Of a stretch of DNA of 64,000 nucleotides, positions 26,697 to 41,459 are shown piece after piece. The translations under genes were made by a program, and so were the position numbers. A model generated the notes under the pieces. That model was not told the origin of the DNA. It worked only from the letters and a program-made list of their open reading frames with translations, and made no database searches. The stretch is from the NCBI RefSeq assembly GCF_006345805.1, contig NC_043003.1, forward strand, positions 109,182,001 to 109,246,000, written 5' to 3'. Every line of letters starts with the position of its first letter. Position 1 is the first letter of the stretch. The DNA comes from Octopus sinensis. Taxonomy: Eukaryota.

Positions 26697-28500
26697 CATC
26701 ATCATCATCATCATCATTTAGCGTCCGTTTTCCATGCTAGCATGGGTTGGACGGTTCAACTGGGGTCTGGGGAGCCCGAAGGCTGCACCAGGCCAGTCAG
26801 ATCTGGCAGTGTTTCTACAGCTGGATGCCCTCCTAACGCCAACCACTCCGAGAGTTGTGGGTGATTTTTGTGCCACCGACACAGGTGCCAGACGAGGCTG
26901 GCGAACGGCCACGCTCGGATGGTGTTTTTATGTGCCACCGACACAGGTGCCAGACGAGGCTGGCAGACGGCCACGCTCGGATGGTGTTTTTATGTGCCAC
27001 CGACACAGGTGCCAGATGAGGCTGGCAGGTGCCAGACGAGGCTGGCAGACGGCCACGCTCGGATGGTGTTTTTATGTGCCACCGACACAGGTGCCAGATG
27101 AGGCCGGCGGACGGCCACGATCGGATGGTGTTTTACATCCCCAAAGCATGGAGGCCAGTCTATGCGGTACTGGCTACGGCCACGTTCGGATGATTTTCTT
27201 GTGTGCCACCGCACTGGTACCACAAAGATACAAATTCCATTTATGTTCATCTATTTTGATTTGTTTTGATTTGATTTGATTTTCACTTGCCTCAACAGGT
27301 CTTCACAAGTGTCACAAGAAGGAAGGTATGCACAGGTGGACTGTCTACGTCGCCGGGTCTTCGGATGGTGTCTTTATGTGCCACCGACACAGGTGCCAGA
27401 TGTGGCTGGCGAACGGCCACGATCGGATGGTTTTCTTGTGTGCCACCGGTACTGGAACCACAAAGATACAAATTCCATTGATGTTCATCTATTTTGATTT
27501 GGTTTGATTTTCACTTGCCTCAACAGGTCTTCACAAGTGTCACGCGTGTCACACACTTGCCTCAACAGGTCTCCACAAGTGTCACACACTTGCCTCTGCC
27601 TCAACAGGTCTTCACAAGTGTCACACACTTGCCTCTGCCTCAACAGGTCTTCACAAGTGTCATAAGAGGGAAGGTATGCACAGGTGGACTGACTACGTCG
27701 CCGGGTCTTTGGATGGTGTTTTTATGTGCCACCGACACAGGTGCCAGGTGAGGCTGGCGAACGGCCACGATCAGATGGTGTTTGTTGTGCCCACAGCACG
27801 GAGGCCAGTCGATGCGGTACCAGCTACGGCCACGTTCGGATGGTTTTCTTGTGTGCCACCGGTACTGGAACCACAAAGATACAAATTCCATTGATATTCA
27901 TCTATTTTGATTTGGTTTGATTTTCACTTGCCTCAACAGGTCTTCACAAGGGTCACACACTTGCCTCAACAGGTCTCCACAAGTGTCACACACTTGCCTC
28001 TGCCTCAACAGGTCTTCACAAGTGTCACACACTTGCCTCAACAGGTCTTCACAATGTCATAAGAGGGAAGGTATGCACAGGTGGACTGACTACGTCGCCG
28101 GGTCTTCGGATGGTGTCTTTATGTGCCACCGGCACAGGTGCCAGATGAGGCTGGCGAACGGCCACGATCGGATGGGTTTGTTGTGCCCACAGCACGGAGG
28201 CCAGTCGATGCGGTACTGGTTACGGCCACGTTGGGTGGTTTTCTTGTGTGCCACCGGCACTGGTACCACAAAGAATACAATTCCACTGATGTTCATCTAT
28301 TTTGATTTGTTTTGATTTGATTTGATTTTCACTTGCCTCAACAGGTCTTCATAAGTGTCACAAGAAGGAAGGTATGCACAGGACTGACTACGTCCCAGGT
28401 CGGGGCCACGGGTTATGGCCTGACTAGTCTTGCCGGGTCTTCTCATGCACAGCATACTTCCATAGGTCTCGGTCTCTAGACATTTCCTTAGTGAGACCTA
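26697..28500 (-). mobile_element. RTE-LINE 3' end with a tandemly amplified 3' region and Nin-like domain
   Basis: Minus strand 28500-28424 translates to GLTKEMSRDRDLWKYAVHEKTRQD*. It is followed by repeated modules of about 400 bp, units of about 62 bp and 30-40 bp, and a (GAT)n tail. Confidence 0.65.
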
Positions 28501-29538
28501 GCATGTTAATATACATCCACAAACGTACATATAAATATACACGAACACAAAAGAAGAAAGAGATATAAAAAAACAGAGACTAGAGGAGAGAGCAAGAGAG
28601 TGAGAGAGAGAGAGTAAGAGAAAGAAAGAGAGAGGGTTATCTTAATTTATTGTAATAAATTCATTAAAGCAAATCTCTGGCATTCCTGAAACAGCAAAAT
28701 ATGAATGACATAAATTCAGTGAAAAACATTAACAGTATCAATATGAAAAAATATTAGGAAATGAATGAAAAAAATAACATACTGATTAGTAAAATTTAAT
28801 TAGACCGCTTTATTAATTCAAAGATATTCTGAAAACTCAACTTTGCCAAATCGATTAATTAAAAAGAAAAAAATGATTTCCAATGAATTTTTCTTTAAAA
28901 AATCTTGGTTAATAAGTATTTGTTTTCATATGTGAGAATTAATGTTTCTGTTTTTGAGATCTGAGCCATTCTAGCAAGCGGAAGAGCCATTCTAGCCAGT
29001 TAACAACATGTTTGGAACAGTGACTATTCTGACTGCACTGGGGTAAGGCATGGAATAGGCTTAGGTGTGGTTCGGTGGTTAAGAAATTTTCTTCCCAGCT
29101 GTGTGGTTTCAAGTTCAGTCCCACTCTCCTCTTGGACATTTTGTCTTCAGCTATAGCAGGAGTTCTCAACCATTTTTTATCTATGGACCCCTCTGATTAC
29201 TATTTTATTCTTATTTCTTTATTGCTCACATGGGGCAATAAATATATATGTTTATATATATATAAACATACAAAATGGGACAAGAATGCAAAACATCCAG
29301 AAGACGATGCAAAAAGCATGGACGGGTCATTCGAAGCCTTTAATTTTCAGTCAAGAACCGGATTATCCTCGCAATTTCGGCTGATTAATCTTGAGATTGC
29401 TCCAATCTGGCCAGCCCCAAGGAAAAACTAAGCTAAGAGCATTGGATTCCTTGGAAAAAAACTTTCAAATGTATACGAAACAAGTACAGAAAAATGGACG
29501 ATGTTACACGAATATAAATACAAAAATAATACGAAAAA

Positions 29539-29601
<63 letters not shown>

Positions 29602-30270
29602 TATATATGTATATGTGTGTGTATCTTTGTGTTTGACCTCACCACTACTTGATGACTGCTGTTGGTTTGTTTACATCCCAGTAACTTAGTGGTTCAACAA
29701 AACAGACCAATAGAATAAATTCCAAGCTTAAGAATAAGTGCTGGCGTCCATTCATTTAACTAAATCCTTTGAGGCTGTACCACAGCATGTCAACTGTCCA
29801 AGTAAAAGAAATGGTGCCACCTTAAAAACACTGGTGCTGATGTCACATATAAAAGCACTCGGTAAATACTGTAAAGTGATTGGCATTAGGAACAACATCC
29901 AACCAAAGAACCCACGCCAGAACAGGCTGCTCCCCCCACCACCACCAAACTTACCACCTTCAGTCAAACCGTCCAACCCATGGAAAACAGATGTTAAATG
30001 ATGATGATGATGATATAATGTTAGATGGCAGCCATCTCTTTTAATCCAGTGTCTTTTAATCTCTTTTAATCCAGGATGATTAGCTACCAACATGTACCAT
30101 GGTTTTACTAATGGTTTGTGGCACCGTACATCCACTCACCCCCTCCCATTCTTGATGCATTATATCCAGGATGTAGTGGTATACCATGTCTTTTGGTAGG
30201 CCCTCTGGGGACTACTTTGCTAATTACTATAAAAGGTGAAAATCATTTCATGAAATACAGCCCCCACACA

Positions 30271-30304
<34 letters not shown>

Positions 30305-31127
30305 CATCATCATCATCATCATCATCATTTAACATCCGCTTTCCATGCTAGCGTGGGTTGGACGATTTGACTGAGGTCTGGCGAACCAGACTCTAATCTG
30401 ATCTGGCAGAGTTTCTACAGCTGGATGCCCTTCCTAACGCCAACCACTCCGAGAGTGTAGTGGGTGCTTTTACATTCCACTGGCACGAGGGCCAGTTTGG
30501 TGGTACTGGCAACGGCCACGCCCAAATGGTGCTTTTTACGTGCCACCTGCACAGGAGCCAGTCCAGCGGCACTGGCGACGACCTCGCTCGAATGTTTCAT
30601 GTGCCACCAGCACAAGTGCTAGGAAGGCGACGCGGTAACGATCATGCTTGAATGGTGTGCTTAAACCATACATACATACACACACCCCTAGCATAGGCCA
30701 CAAGGTTATGGTCACACTACATACACAAAATAAATATATACATAGTGTAGAAAATATGAAATGAACGGAACAGAGGTAGTGATGGTGTTGGTGATGGTGG
30801 TTGTTGCAGGGAGAGGTTAAAATAGTTGTGTTGTAGTAAATATAGACCTGCCCCTCGGTTGGAGAGGCACCTGGTTTCATATCTCTGCTGGAATGGATTA
30901 TGAAATGGCATTTACTCACTGCCTGTCTGCCTGCCAGACTGCTTCACTCTCTGTCTCATTGTCTCTACTTCTTTCCCTCTCTCTCTTGCTCTCTCCCACA
31001 CATTTCTACGCACTCACCACACACACACACACAAATATATATATGAAAGAAAGCAGCAAGAAAACTATGTATATATGTGTGTATGTGTATATAAATGTGT
31101 GAGAAAAAGGGAAAGTAAGGAGAAAAC

Positions 31128-31219
<92 letters not shown>

Positions 31220-31435
31220 TATATATATAGATATATAGGTATTTATAACTATATACATATACACACATATGCACATACACATACACATATATACATGCAT
31301 CCATACATACATACTTGCATACATACGTACATACATACATACATGTGTGTGTGTGTGTGTATGTTTATGTATGTGTGTGCAAGTATGCATGGGGTAATGT
31401 ATGTCAATATGTATGAATATATATGTTTATACTTT

Positions 31436-31473
<38 letters not shown>

Positions 31474-31616
31474 GTATGTGTATAGGAATACACACACACG
31501 AAACAGGTATTTATAGTAAAACCACAGCCTCTCCTGTTGCAACAATTGAGTATTTCATTCATTGGGTGTTGTTGCAAACATAAATCTAATCTACAAAGAA
31601 GAAAAGAAGAAAATAT

Positions 31617-31649
<33 letters not shown>

Positions 31650-31670
31650 AGCAGCAGCAGCAACCACAAC

Positions 31671-31705
<35 letters not shown>

Positions 31706-32199
31706 CAGCAGCAGCAGCAGCAGCAGAAGGGGACGGCGTCAGCAGCAGTAGTAGTATTAGTAGTAATGGTGGTGGTGGTGGAGGCAGTTGCAGCAGCAGC
31801 AGTAGTGGTAGGTAGCAGTGGTAGTGGTAGTGGTAGCAGTAGTTGTGGTAGTAGTATTGGTGCCAGAATGAAGAACTGAGAATTTCATAAGCTTCACAAG
31901 ACTATTCCTGAAAGTTGGCTTCAAGCGCAAGAACAGAAGGTTCCGAAAGCAAACACCTTCCCCCCTCCTCCTTTTCCTGAATCTTCCCCCTCCCCCACCT
32001 CCTCCTCGAGTAAAGAGAGGTCTTTGAGATAAAGAGAAAACAATAAGATAACCAAAGCCAAATTAAATGTTGTTCTTGCTGTTGTTTGTTTCAATGTTGT
32101 ATTAATATTGATGGAGAAGAAGATATTTTCTTGATCTTATTGAAGAATAAAGAGAAAAGTCTTGTGTGTGTGGGTGAGAGGGTGCATGTGTGAGTGTGT

Positions 32200-32206
32200 G
32201 TGTGTG

Positions 32207-32237
<31 letters not shown>

Positions 32238-32800
32238 ACATAAGAGAGAGAGAAAGAGAAAATAAAATAGAGAAAAGAAATAGAGGAAGAGAGTAAGAAA
32301 GAGAAAGACAGCCTAAAAGAGACAGAAAGTAAGAAAGAGAGAAAGGGAGATAGATGGTGAGAAACAGAAGGGTTGAAAGAGGGAGAGAGAGAGAGAGAGA
32401 GAGAGAGCAAGAAAAAGGTAGCGAAAGAAAAGGAGAGAAACATTTGGAGAAAGAGAGAGAGAAAATAAGAAAGAGATAGAGAGAGTGGGAGAAAGATGGC
32501 GAGACAAAGAAAGAGAGACAGGAAGAGAGAGATGGAGAGATTGAAAGAGACTGGAAGTGGTAGAGAGAAAGTGAGAGAAAGAGAGAGAGGGAGAGAGATG
32601 GAGAGAAAGATAAAAACCGAGGGAGAGAAACATGGAGAGAAAAGAGATATTGAGAGGAGGAGAGAGAGAGAGAGTGAGAGAAAGAGGGAAAGGCAGTGAG
32701 AAAAAGGGATAGAAACAGTTGGAGAGAGAGATAGAGAGAGAGAGAGAGTATGAAAGAGAAAGTGAGAGATAGAGAGAGTAATAGAGAGGGTGAAAGAGAG
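32200..32800. repeat. Long polypurine (GA-rich) tract
   Basis: Read directly from the sequence. A comparable polypyrimidine tract lies at about 57835-58160. Confidence 0.9.
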
Positions 32801-33244
32801 ACCTCTCCTTCAACTGTCTCTTTTATAAGCTTCAGTTTCATAATATAAGTCATGGCAAAGTTCATCTCATATTTTGATTCCTTGTAGGATATTGGTGAGA
32901 TATTTCTGCTGTTCTTTTGTCCTGGTCTCTTTGAGAAGCATCAACCTTTCCATCATCATTACCACCATTGTCACAATCTCTCCTCCTCCTCCTCCTCTCT
33001 TATATGCTTTCATTATCATCCTCCTAATACCCATCCTGATCATCTTATATGTTTACACACACTCACACACACACACACACATATATATACATACATACAT
33101 ACACACATTAACTTTTACACTTGAATATGCTCATATGTATACATACACACACACACACATATATATACATACATACGTACATACATGCATACAAACAGAC
33201 TAACATATATATATATGTATATATATAAATATACATACATACAA

Positions 33245-33283
<39 letters not shown>

Positions 33284-33356
33284 CATGTACAGACACACAT
33301 ACACAAGCAAATGTTTATCTCTGCTTTTGTATCCCTCTTTCTCACACTACCTATAA

Positions 33357-33400
<44 letters not shown>

Positions 33401-34514
33401 ACATGCATACCTATATATGTCATGTGTGTGTGTGTCTTTATATTTAAGTGAATTTGTTTTTGAGTGATGTCTCTGATATTTTGACATACTTATACACACA
33501 TCAATATTCCCTATTTATATATATAAATACATACACACACACATTTTATTTTGTCTTTTGCTGTATACACCAAATTCTAACATTTTGAGGATTCATCTAT
33601 TTGTTTAGACAAACTAGAACCAACCTTGAATTTCTCTTAGTATTGATGAAAACCTCTATGATGTATCATGGCTTTACATATTGTATCATAGTTATGACAT
33701 CAAAGAATTTTCGTAACAAAGGAACCATTATATCCCTTTGCTTCTGTATTACGGTAATTTCTCTTTCTTTAGGCATTTTTATTTATTTTTATTATGCTGT
33801 ACCAAGCAATTTCTTGTGTGTTCCTTGACACACAAGGGACACAGTATTTATATATGATAGACACAACATGCTAGAATAGAGAATACCAATGAGAAAGTGC
33901 CTCAGTTAGTTGCTTGACTTACTAGAAACAACAGCTAAATCTACCTTAGATCATATTGGTGGTGGAAGGATATGTTAGATAATGTATGTCATGGATGGAA
34001 TGCCTTTGACTATACATCTGTTAGATTAGAGCTTTTGATCTGGGGATAAACAATGAAAAGAACCAAACGATGAACAGTAATTTGTTGATAGCTGTGTGGT
34101 TAAGAAGTTTGCTTCCCATCCTGATAGTTTTAGTTCAGTCCTACTGCACAGCACCTTGAGTGTCTTCTACCTCAGTGCCAAACAAACCAAAAATCTGTGA
34201 GTGGATTTGGTTGAGGGAAATCGAAAGAGGCCCATCATGTATATAGATGCACCAACACCATTATCATCGTCATCTTCCATGCTAGTATGGGTTGGATGGT
34301 TTCATAGGATTCCATGAATCCAAAGACTGTACCTTGCTGTAAAACTTTTGCTTTGATGAGGTTTCTATGAGTGGATGCCTTTCCTAATAATGCCAGCCAC
34401 TTAACAATGTATATTGGGTACGTTTTCCATGCCACTGCACAAGTAAGGTTGTCATACAGAGCTCAAATTTTGCTGTGGTCACTATTGCTTTTGGCCTATC
34501 AGGGTTGGTAAAAT

Positions 34515-35105
34515 AAGTGACACTGGGGTACAAATATATGAAGCCCAATATACCCATCATGACTACCCATCTGATAAGGGTACACCAGGCACATGCATCA
34601 CAACCATATGTGCGTAACATTGTGATGTCATATCAAGATAAACAGTGCATGACCTTGCAGGTGTGGCCCAGTTAGAATTTTCTCCAGGTCGAGTAGCCCA
34701 TCCCGCTCAAAAGGTCGCTGAATAAAGTTTGTTTCAGGATGTTGAACGAACCACCCATGTTTTCAAAGGTGAATTATCCAAACCTCTAAGAATTCCTTTC
34801 AACACATGGCTATGATGCTCCCTCACTACTTCTGCTTGTGATCAGAGATACACATATTGTCAGCCACTAAGGGTCAACAAAAGTCAACTAAGGTCAACTG
34901 CCACTAAGGTCAACAGCTACTAAGGTCAACAGCCACTAGGGTCAACTGGTTATAGTCAAACAACTGACATGCAAATATGTGGTATTGAGCAGAATATTTG
35001 CTGTAGCCCATCTTTTATACCAAGACAAAACAATGTACATGATAACACTTGCAATCAGTTAAGATCAGAAGCCATGAGAGCCACTGCCTGGTACTGCATC
35101 AGGGC

Positions 35106-35139
<34 letters not shown>

Positions 35140-35310
35140 GAGTGAGAGAGCAGTGCATGCCATCAAAGTGACACTGGGGTAAAATATACGAAGCCCAATA
35201 TACCCATCATGACTACCCGTCTGATAAAGGTACACCAGACACATGCATCACAACCATATGTGCGCGACATGGTGATCTCATATCAAGATAAACAGCACAT
35301 GACCTTGCAG
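34515..35310 (-). mobile_element. Non-coding (AAT)n-associated retroposon, one long copy plus a 5'-truncated copy
   Basis: 34516-34660 is repeated at 35167-35310. Copies are bounded by (ATT)n and have no ORF. Confidence 0.55.
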
Positions 35311-35400
35311 TATTATTATTATTATTATTCAGTAGTTTTATTTTTATAGCGTGCTTTCACTTTACTACCGAGCGCAGCTCTGTGTGCCTTGGGTATGTGC

Positions 35401-35457
<57 letters not shown>

Positions 35458-35467
35458 CATCATCATC

Positions 35468-35531
<64 letters not shown>

Positions 35532-35587
35532 TATTATTATTATTATTATTATTATCATCATCATCCTCATTATCATTATCATTATTA

Positions 35588-35632
<45 letters not shown>

Positions 35633-35852
35633 CATCATCATCATCATTTTATTATTAAGATGGTGAGCTGACAGAATGTTAGCCCATTGGACAAAATATT
35701 TTGTGGCATTTCTTCTGGTCCTTTTGTTCTGAGTTCAAGTACTACTAAATACTTTATTTTTGGGGGGTCTATAAAATAAAGTATGTGTCAAATACTGGGG
35801 TTACTGTAATTGACTAGACCCATCCTGCTGGTTTTGTGCCAAAATTGGAAAC

Positions 35853-35892
<40 letters not shown>

Positions 35893-35893
<1 letters not shown>

Positions 35894-38800
35894 TATGTTT
35901 GACTTTTGCTTTATATTTGTACAAGTTGGCTCCAAGTCTCACCCAGAGACCTCAAGAGACAACAGGGTTGGAAGTTCATGTTGTTGTTATGCCTAGTGTG
36001 CCATATATTTGGGGGGTGGGGATGTTGTACTAATGAATGTTTAAAAAAAAAAAAAAGGTTTTTTTTTTCCTTTTTCTTTTTTTTTTTTTTTTTTTTTCCC
36101 TTCCTCTTTAAACCGAAAATTATGGTTGTTTTAAACCTTGAGGTTACATAGAGAGTATTTTGCGTAGGATATGAGCAGTTCCCATGAACACTATCTTTTG
36201 AACTTCTGCCATTTTTGGGTTTCCTGGTATCTGAGTTAGGTAGCTATCAGCCCCTTTTGCTATCATTCCCAGGGCACCTATGACAACAGGTATTGTTTTA
36301 GTCTTCAGCTTCCACATTTGCTGATTTCTATTTCAAGATCTTTATATTTGCTCAGTTTTTGGTAGGTCCTGACAGATACATTTATATCGATTGGGACAGT
36401 CATATCAATGAGGAGGCATGTTCTTTGTTTGAAGTCTTTCAATATGATGTCTGGCCTATTTGCATCTATCTTCCTGTCAGTTTGAATGGTGAAGTTCCAG
36501 AGGAGTGAGATGTGGTCATTTTCAAGCACTGGGGGTGGTTTGTGTTCCCACCAGTTTTTTTCATGGGGCAAATCCAGGTTTTTACAGCTTACCCAGTGAA
36601 TATATTGTGCAGCTCTATCGTGCCTGTTGAGATACTCTGTAGGCGCTAGAAGACTGCACTTGGAGACCACATGGTCAATGGTTTCATTTTGTTGCTTGCA
36701 TACACGACACGTTGGACTGCTTCTGATCTTTAATATGTTGGCCTGGTAGTTTCTTGTTGGTAGGCATTGATCTTGAGCTGCTATGATAAACCCCTCTGTT
36801 TCAGATTTTAAGCCAGAGGCCATTAGCCATTGATGGGTCAGGGCTTTGTCGATATCTGCATTATTCGCTCTCTTTGGGTATTTGCCGTAGAGAGGTTTTT
36901 CTTGCCATTTATTATTCAGAATATCTAAGGCCGCAGTTTTGGCACGGGTTTTCATGCGCCTAGCTTTTTCTGTGCTTGTTTCTTGTATGTCTATCTCTAA
37001 TTCCGAAATTGGTTGTATTCGGAATTCACTTAGATATTCCTTTGCCTGTTTTGTGACTGAGTATGATGCTTTCTTGTTTTCATGTTTGAGACAAGTTTTA
37101 ACATCCAGTCCTCAGAGTTTTTCAGGTAGGTGTCTAGGCCAATTGTAGCAATCTTCATTGTTATTGCCAGTTGCAAAAGACCACGGCCTCCCTCTTTTCT
37201 GGCAGATAGAGTCGTTCTGTATCTGCCTTAGGGTGGTGCATTCTATGCATTGTCAACAGTTTCCTTTTTTCTGTCGAGCTGACATATTTCAGTAATTGAC
37301 CAGTTAACAATATTGAAACTGTAAGTCACGACTGGTATAGCTAATGCATTGATTGCTTCGATCCTGTTTCTTGCATTCAGCTCTGTCTTGAGTATTGCTC
37401 TCACTCTTCGATAGCATTCTCTCCTGATCCTTTCCTTCATCTCTGAATGCCTTATTCCGTTCCCTTCAATTACCCCTAGGTACTTGTAGCTCTCCGCTGG
37501 GTCTAGTTCTTTTATGACATTCTGTTGGTCAAGGTTAACGTTAGATGTTTCTGTCATTTTTCCTTTGATAAAGGTAGCCTTTGCACATTTATCGAGGCCG
37601 AATTGCATTCTGATGTCGTCACTGAATTGTTTGACTATCGCTAGTAAGCCCTTGAGTTGTTGATCATTTTTGCAAAAAGCTTTAAATCATCCATGTAAAC
37701 GAGATGATTTATATTTTTATCAAACATTTTATACCCGTACTGCGCGTCATTGAGCAGCTTTGAGAGAGGTATTAAGGATAAACAAAAGAGGAGTGGTGAC
37801 AGTGAGTCACCCTGGAAAATGCCACACGAAATTTTTACATCACCAGCATTTAGGGATTCACTGTCACTGTTCAGAGTTAGTGTGGTTCTCCATGATCTCA
37901 TACTTACAGTCAAGAAGTTTCGCAGAGTTGGTGCTATCTTATACATTTCAAGGCATTTCCTAATCCAGCTATGTGGTAGGCTATCAAAAGCCTTTTTATA
38001 GTCTATCCAGGCTATTGATAAGTTTTTGTGTCGTTTGTGACAATCTTCTAAGATCATCTTATTGATGAGTAGTTGGTTTACAGCCGTAGGATCCACGTTT
38101 ACATCCTTTCTGTCATTAGGGAATATGCTGCTGTCTGTTAAAAAACTATAGGTATATTCCGTCAGGACAGATGTTAGAGTTTTGTACATAGTTGTTAAGC
38201 AGGTTATGGGTCTATAGTTTTTGGTTCATTTGTTTCTTCACTTTTTGGAAGCAGGAATGTTAACCCATTAACTAGCCAAGGAGGCATCCTACTAGGGTGT
38301 TGCAGAACATCATTGTACAGTTCTGTTAGCAGTTCATGGCTCTCTGGGAAGGCATTCAGCCAGAAGTTAGGAATTTTATCCTTTCCTGGAGACTTCCATT
38401 TGCTTGACCTCCTGAGAGCAGATCTTATATTCTACCTTGACACCCTCCCACTTTTGCTCTTCTAAGGGGTCCAGTTCTGTAGATATTCTGTCAATCCAGG
38501 GGGCCTTTTCGTTGTGTGTTTTTTCTTCTGCCCAGATTTTATTCCAAAATCTCTGCACTTCTTCTTTTGATGGTACAGACCCTGCAGTAAACGCTGTTTT
38601 TCCTATCTTCCTGTAAAAATTCTTGGTGTTATTTTTGAACATGTTGTTGTCCTTGAAAAAATCTAACACGCTTTTCATACCTCGCTATGCGGGCAGCTTT
38701 GGCAGATACCTTTTGTTTGATGGTTTCTATGGTGGCATCAATATCAAGTATAGTTTTCATATTGTATTTTTTCAGTAATTTTGGGTTTTTGTAGGTTTGG

Positions 38801-40020
38801 TAGTCTTGTGAGCCTTAAGGTTTTTCAAATATTCAATGTCAGATCTAAATACTTTAATTTGTTGTTGCAGACGCTCTTGCCAAGAAGGCTTTTTGTGGGA
38901 CTGTTGCCGTTTTCTAATCTTTACACCACATAGGATCGTTGAGATTTTCGCGGATGCATAGTATAGGTGGTTGAGGTTTGTGATATCAACATCATTAACT
39001 GAAATTATATCCTTAAGTGCAAGCCGGATTTTACCAATTATTTTCATGTTTTGGTTAGAGTTGCGGATTTTAGGAAGTGTATCACGCTCATCCATGCTGG
39101 TTTCTTTAATTTTCAGCCATTCAATCATGATTTGATTTTTTAGCTCATGTAGTTCTGTTGGTCAATATTTGTGTGACTTTCTTTATCTATTTGATGCTCA
39201 TCTGTCTTAGTGTTTATGATTGGTTCAGGGCGTATTTCACTTTGCCTATCACTTATACTAACTCTTTCAATCCTCTCTTCGTTTTTATCCGCCCTGGCTG
39301 GTCTATAATCATTTCCTCTGTATTATCTCTCTAGCTGCAGCTTCGTTCATTTATCCGATATTGCTTGTCTAACCTGATCAATCTCTACTTCAGTCAGTAA
39401 TTTCTTTTTATAATGTTTCTTCTAACATTGGCAAGCTTGTTACTGTTATGTAGGGTCTTACTTCAGGGTGTTTCTGTCTCCAGTTTAAGTATGCTTGTAC
39501 AGTGCTAGACTTATCTGTGGGGAAATATATGGCATGGTAGAAGGCCTCGAGAACTTCTTTATTATCTTCCCTAGACCATTTTTCCTTCTTTTTCTTTTGA
39601 TTATTTGGTGATGAGCATGGTGGCCATCTGTTGGAATATTCCGGTTGTGGGGTACGTCCAGCTCCTGTGTGTTGAGAAGATTTGATCCAGTAACTGATTT
39701 TTCAATCAGGATTTGGTTCAATTTTCGGGTACGTGGTCTTTTGTAATCCGCGCAATGACCAATGCGGTTATTGTTTGATTGTTGACCTTGAAGCATGACG
39801 AGCATCCATTCTTATATTAGGAGATGGATCTGTCAGTTTAGGGTTCACTACATGTAAGCATTGCTCATAGCGCCGCTTCTTAAGACTAGCAGATCTATAT
39901 TCGTCTGTATTTTTTGTTGATAGTTTTATCTCCGACATTTTTTTTTTTTTTTCTCCTTTTCCTCTTTCCTTTCTTCAAGGCTTACTGTGTCTGTATATTA
40001 GTTCGAAATAATGAGAATAA
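35893..40020 (-). mobile_element. Full-length R4/Dong-clade non-LTR retrotransposon (RT, CCHC and restriction-like endonuclease)
   Basis: RT motifs AWIDYKKAFDS, GIFQGDSLSP, YMDD, FGLDKC, YKYLGV. CCHC knuckle CRVC...H....C. RLE motifs RHD, NRPDII, LIDMTVP, KLSKY. (ATT)n on both sides. Confidence 0.92.
36144..39938 (-). pseudogene. Frameshifted single ORF of the R4/Dong element
   Basis: Putative ATG at 39938 to the stop after MGTAHILRKILSM at 36144. Collinear ORF pieces: 39485-39805, 38772-39128, 38376-38678, 37641-38189, 37243-37608, 36305-36955. Confidence 0.8.
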
Positions 40021-40059
40021 AAATATTATTATTATGATATTATTTATTATTATTATTAT

Positions 40060-41208
40060 CATGCCTTTGCACAGCTCCTAGCACTGGAGATGTACTATGG
40101 TGTCAGCTGTTCACTACCAATGAACTAAGGTAACACCTCTTATTTTTCGAGCACCTTCTGGAGTATTTGAGTGGTTCCAAGCAGTGCTATTTTTGGCAAG
40201 TGCTCCACCCTTATTGCAGCCCCTATTTGTTCCATGTACTTCTCGAAATTTTTACTCACTGTTCCCAGGGCTCCAAAATTATTGGTACCACTACCATCTT
40301 TTTCATCGACCATAACTGCTTTACCTCCCTAGCTAACCTGTCATACTTATCGACTTTTCTTTCTTCCTTATCGCATACCTTGTTGTCAGCTGGGCATGTT
40401 ATATCTATGATCCAGCATAGTTTGGTTTCTTTATCAATCAAGACTATGTCTGGCTCGCTATTCTCTACCTCATGGTCACACTGAATCATAATAATCCGAC
40501 AGGATCTTTGCATTATCATTTTCGATGATGCCTTCGGGTTTGTGGTTGTACCAATTTTTTTCTCTGTCAAGACCATACTTGTTGCAAAGCGTCCAATGGA
40601 AAAGCCTTGTTATATTTTCGTGGCATCTCTTATATTCCTTCTGGGCTAGTGGCATACATTGGCTGGTAATATGCCATACGGTTTCACCATATTGTCCACA
40701 GATTTTGCACTTATCACTTTCTGATGTGTTGTCTATTCTGTATTTTATGTCCCTTGTTCTTAGTGCTTGTCCTTGTGTAGCACAGATTAGAGCTTCCGTT
40801 TCCAGTTTTAAATCACTTTTAGTCATCCACAACCATCTTTTTCTCTGCCTGTCTTATCTTCAGCATCTCTATCAAATTGTCCATGCATTCTTTTCTTTAC
40901 CCACCTATTTTCAGTTCCATTCGTTTTCAATTGCTTGTACAGTGCTTTATCTTTGCAGTCTTTCATCCTACACAAGCTTGACTTTCTTACTTCTAATAAT
41001 AGCAGTTCTGTGGCATTTTTTACATATCATACTATGTTGTTTTCTTCTGCTCTAATGCTGTGTTCACATCCAATAAGTCCTCTTCCTCCTCTTTTTCTTG
41101 GTACGTACAGTCTGTCTGTGTCACTTTTTGGGTGGAGTGTCCCATATCTAGTTAGTAACTTCCTTGTCTTTCTGTCTAAGCTGTTTAGTTCGTTTACTGC
41201 CCATATCT
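40060..41208 (-). mobile_element. 5'-truncated R4/Dong-clade LINE, second family
   Basis: LKLETEALICATQGQALRT, CKICGQYGETVWHITSQC, EPDIVLID..CWIIDITCP and IALLGTTQILQKVLEK*, followed by a 3'UTR and (AAT)n. Confidence 0.85.
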
Positions 41209-41459
41209 AAGGAGTGAAAGTACCAGTTGAACACCAGGGTCGATGTAATCAACTCATCTCCTTCCCCAAAATTGCTGCCCTTGTGGCAAAATTTGAAACC
41301 ATTATTGTTATCATTATTTTTATTATTATATGAGGTTTGCCTTTCATCCTTTCAGGGTCGATAAATTAATACCAGTGAAACACTGGGGCTGATTATTGAC
41401 TGGTCCCCTCTCCAAAGATTTCAGGCCAGAGTGGCTTTTAATAAAGATTAGATTTATGT

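Noticed and set aside
27284-28350. CRISPR-like repeats of about 30 bp with a hairpin (cacttgcctcaacaggtcttcacaagtg)
   Set aside because: There are no unique spacers of regular length and no cas genes, and the context is a eukaryotic retroposon.
29270-29545. (TA)n-flanked element with gcaa-tc...gaaa-ttgc and ctgaaaa motifs on the minus strand
   Set aside because: No complete hammerhead topology could be assembled.
32800-32950. Unique stretch with possible splice signals
   Set aside because: No recognisable protein and no convincing donor/acceptor pair.
33640-33725. ttgatga-long hairpin-gtaa, HHR-like
   Set aside because: Both core boxes are mutated and there is no convincing stem I or III.
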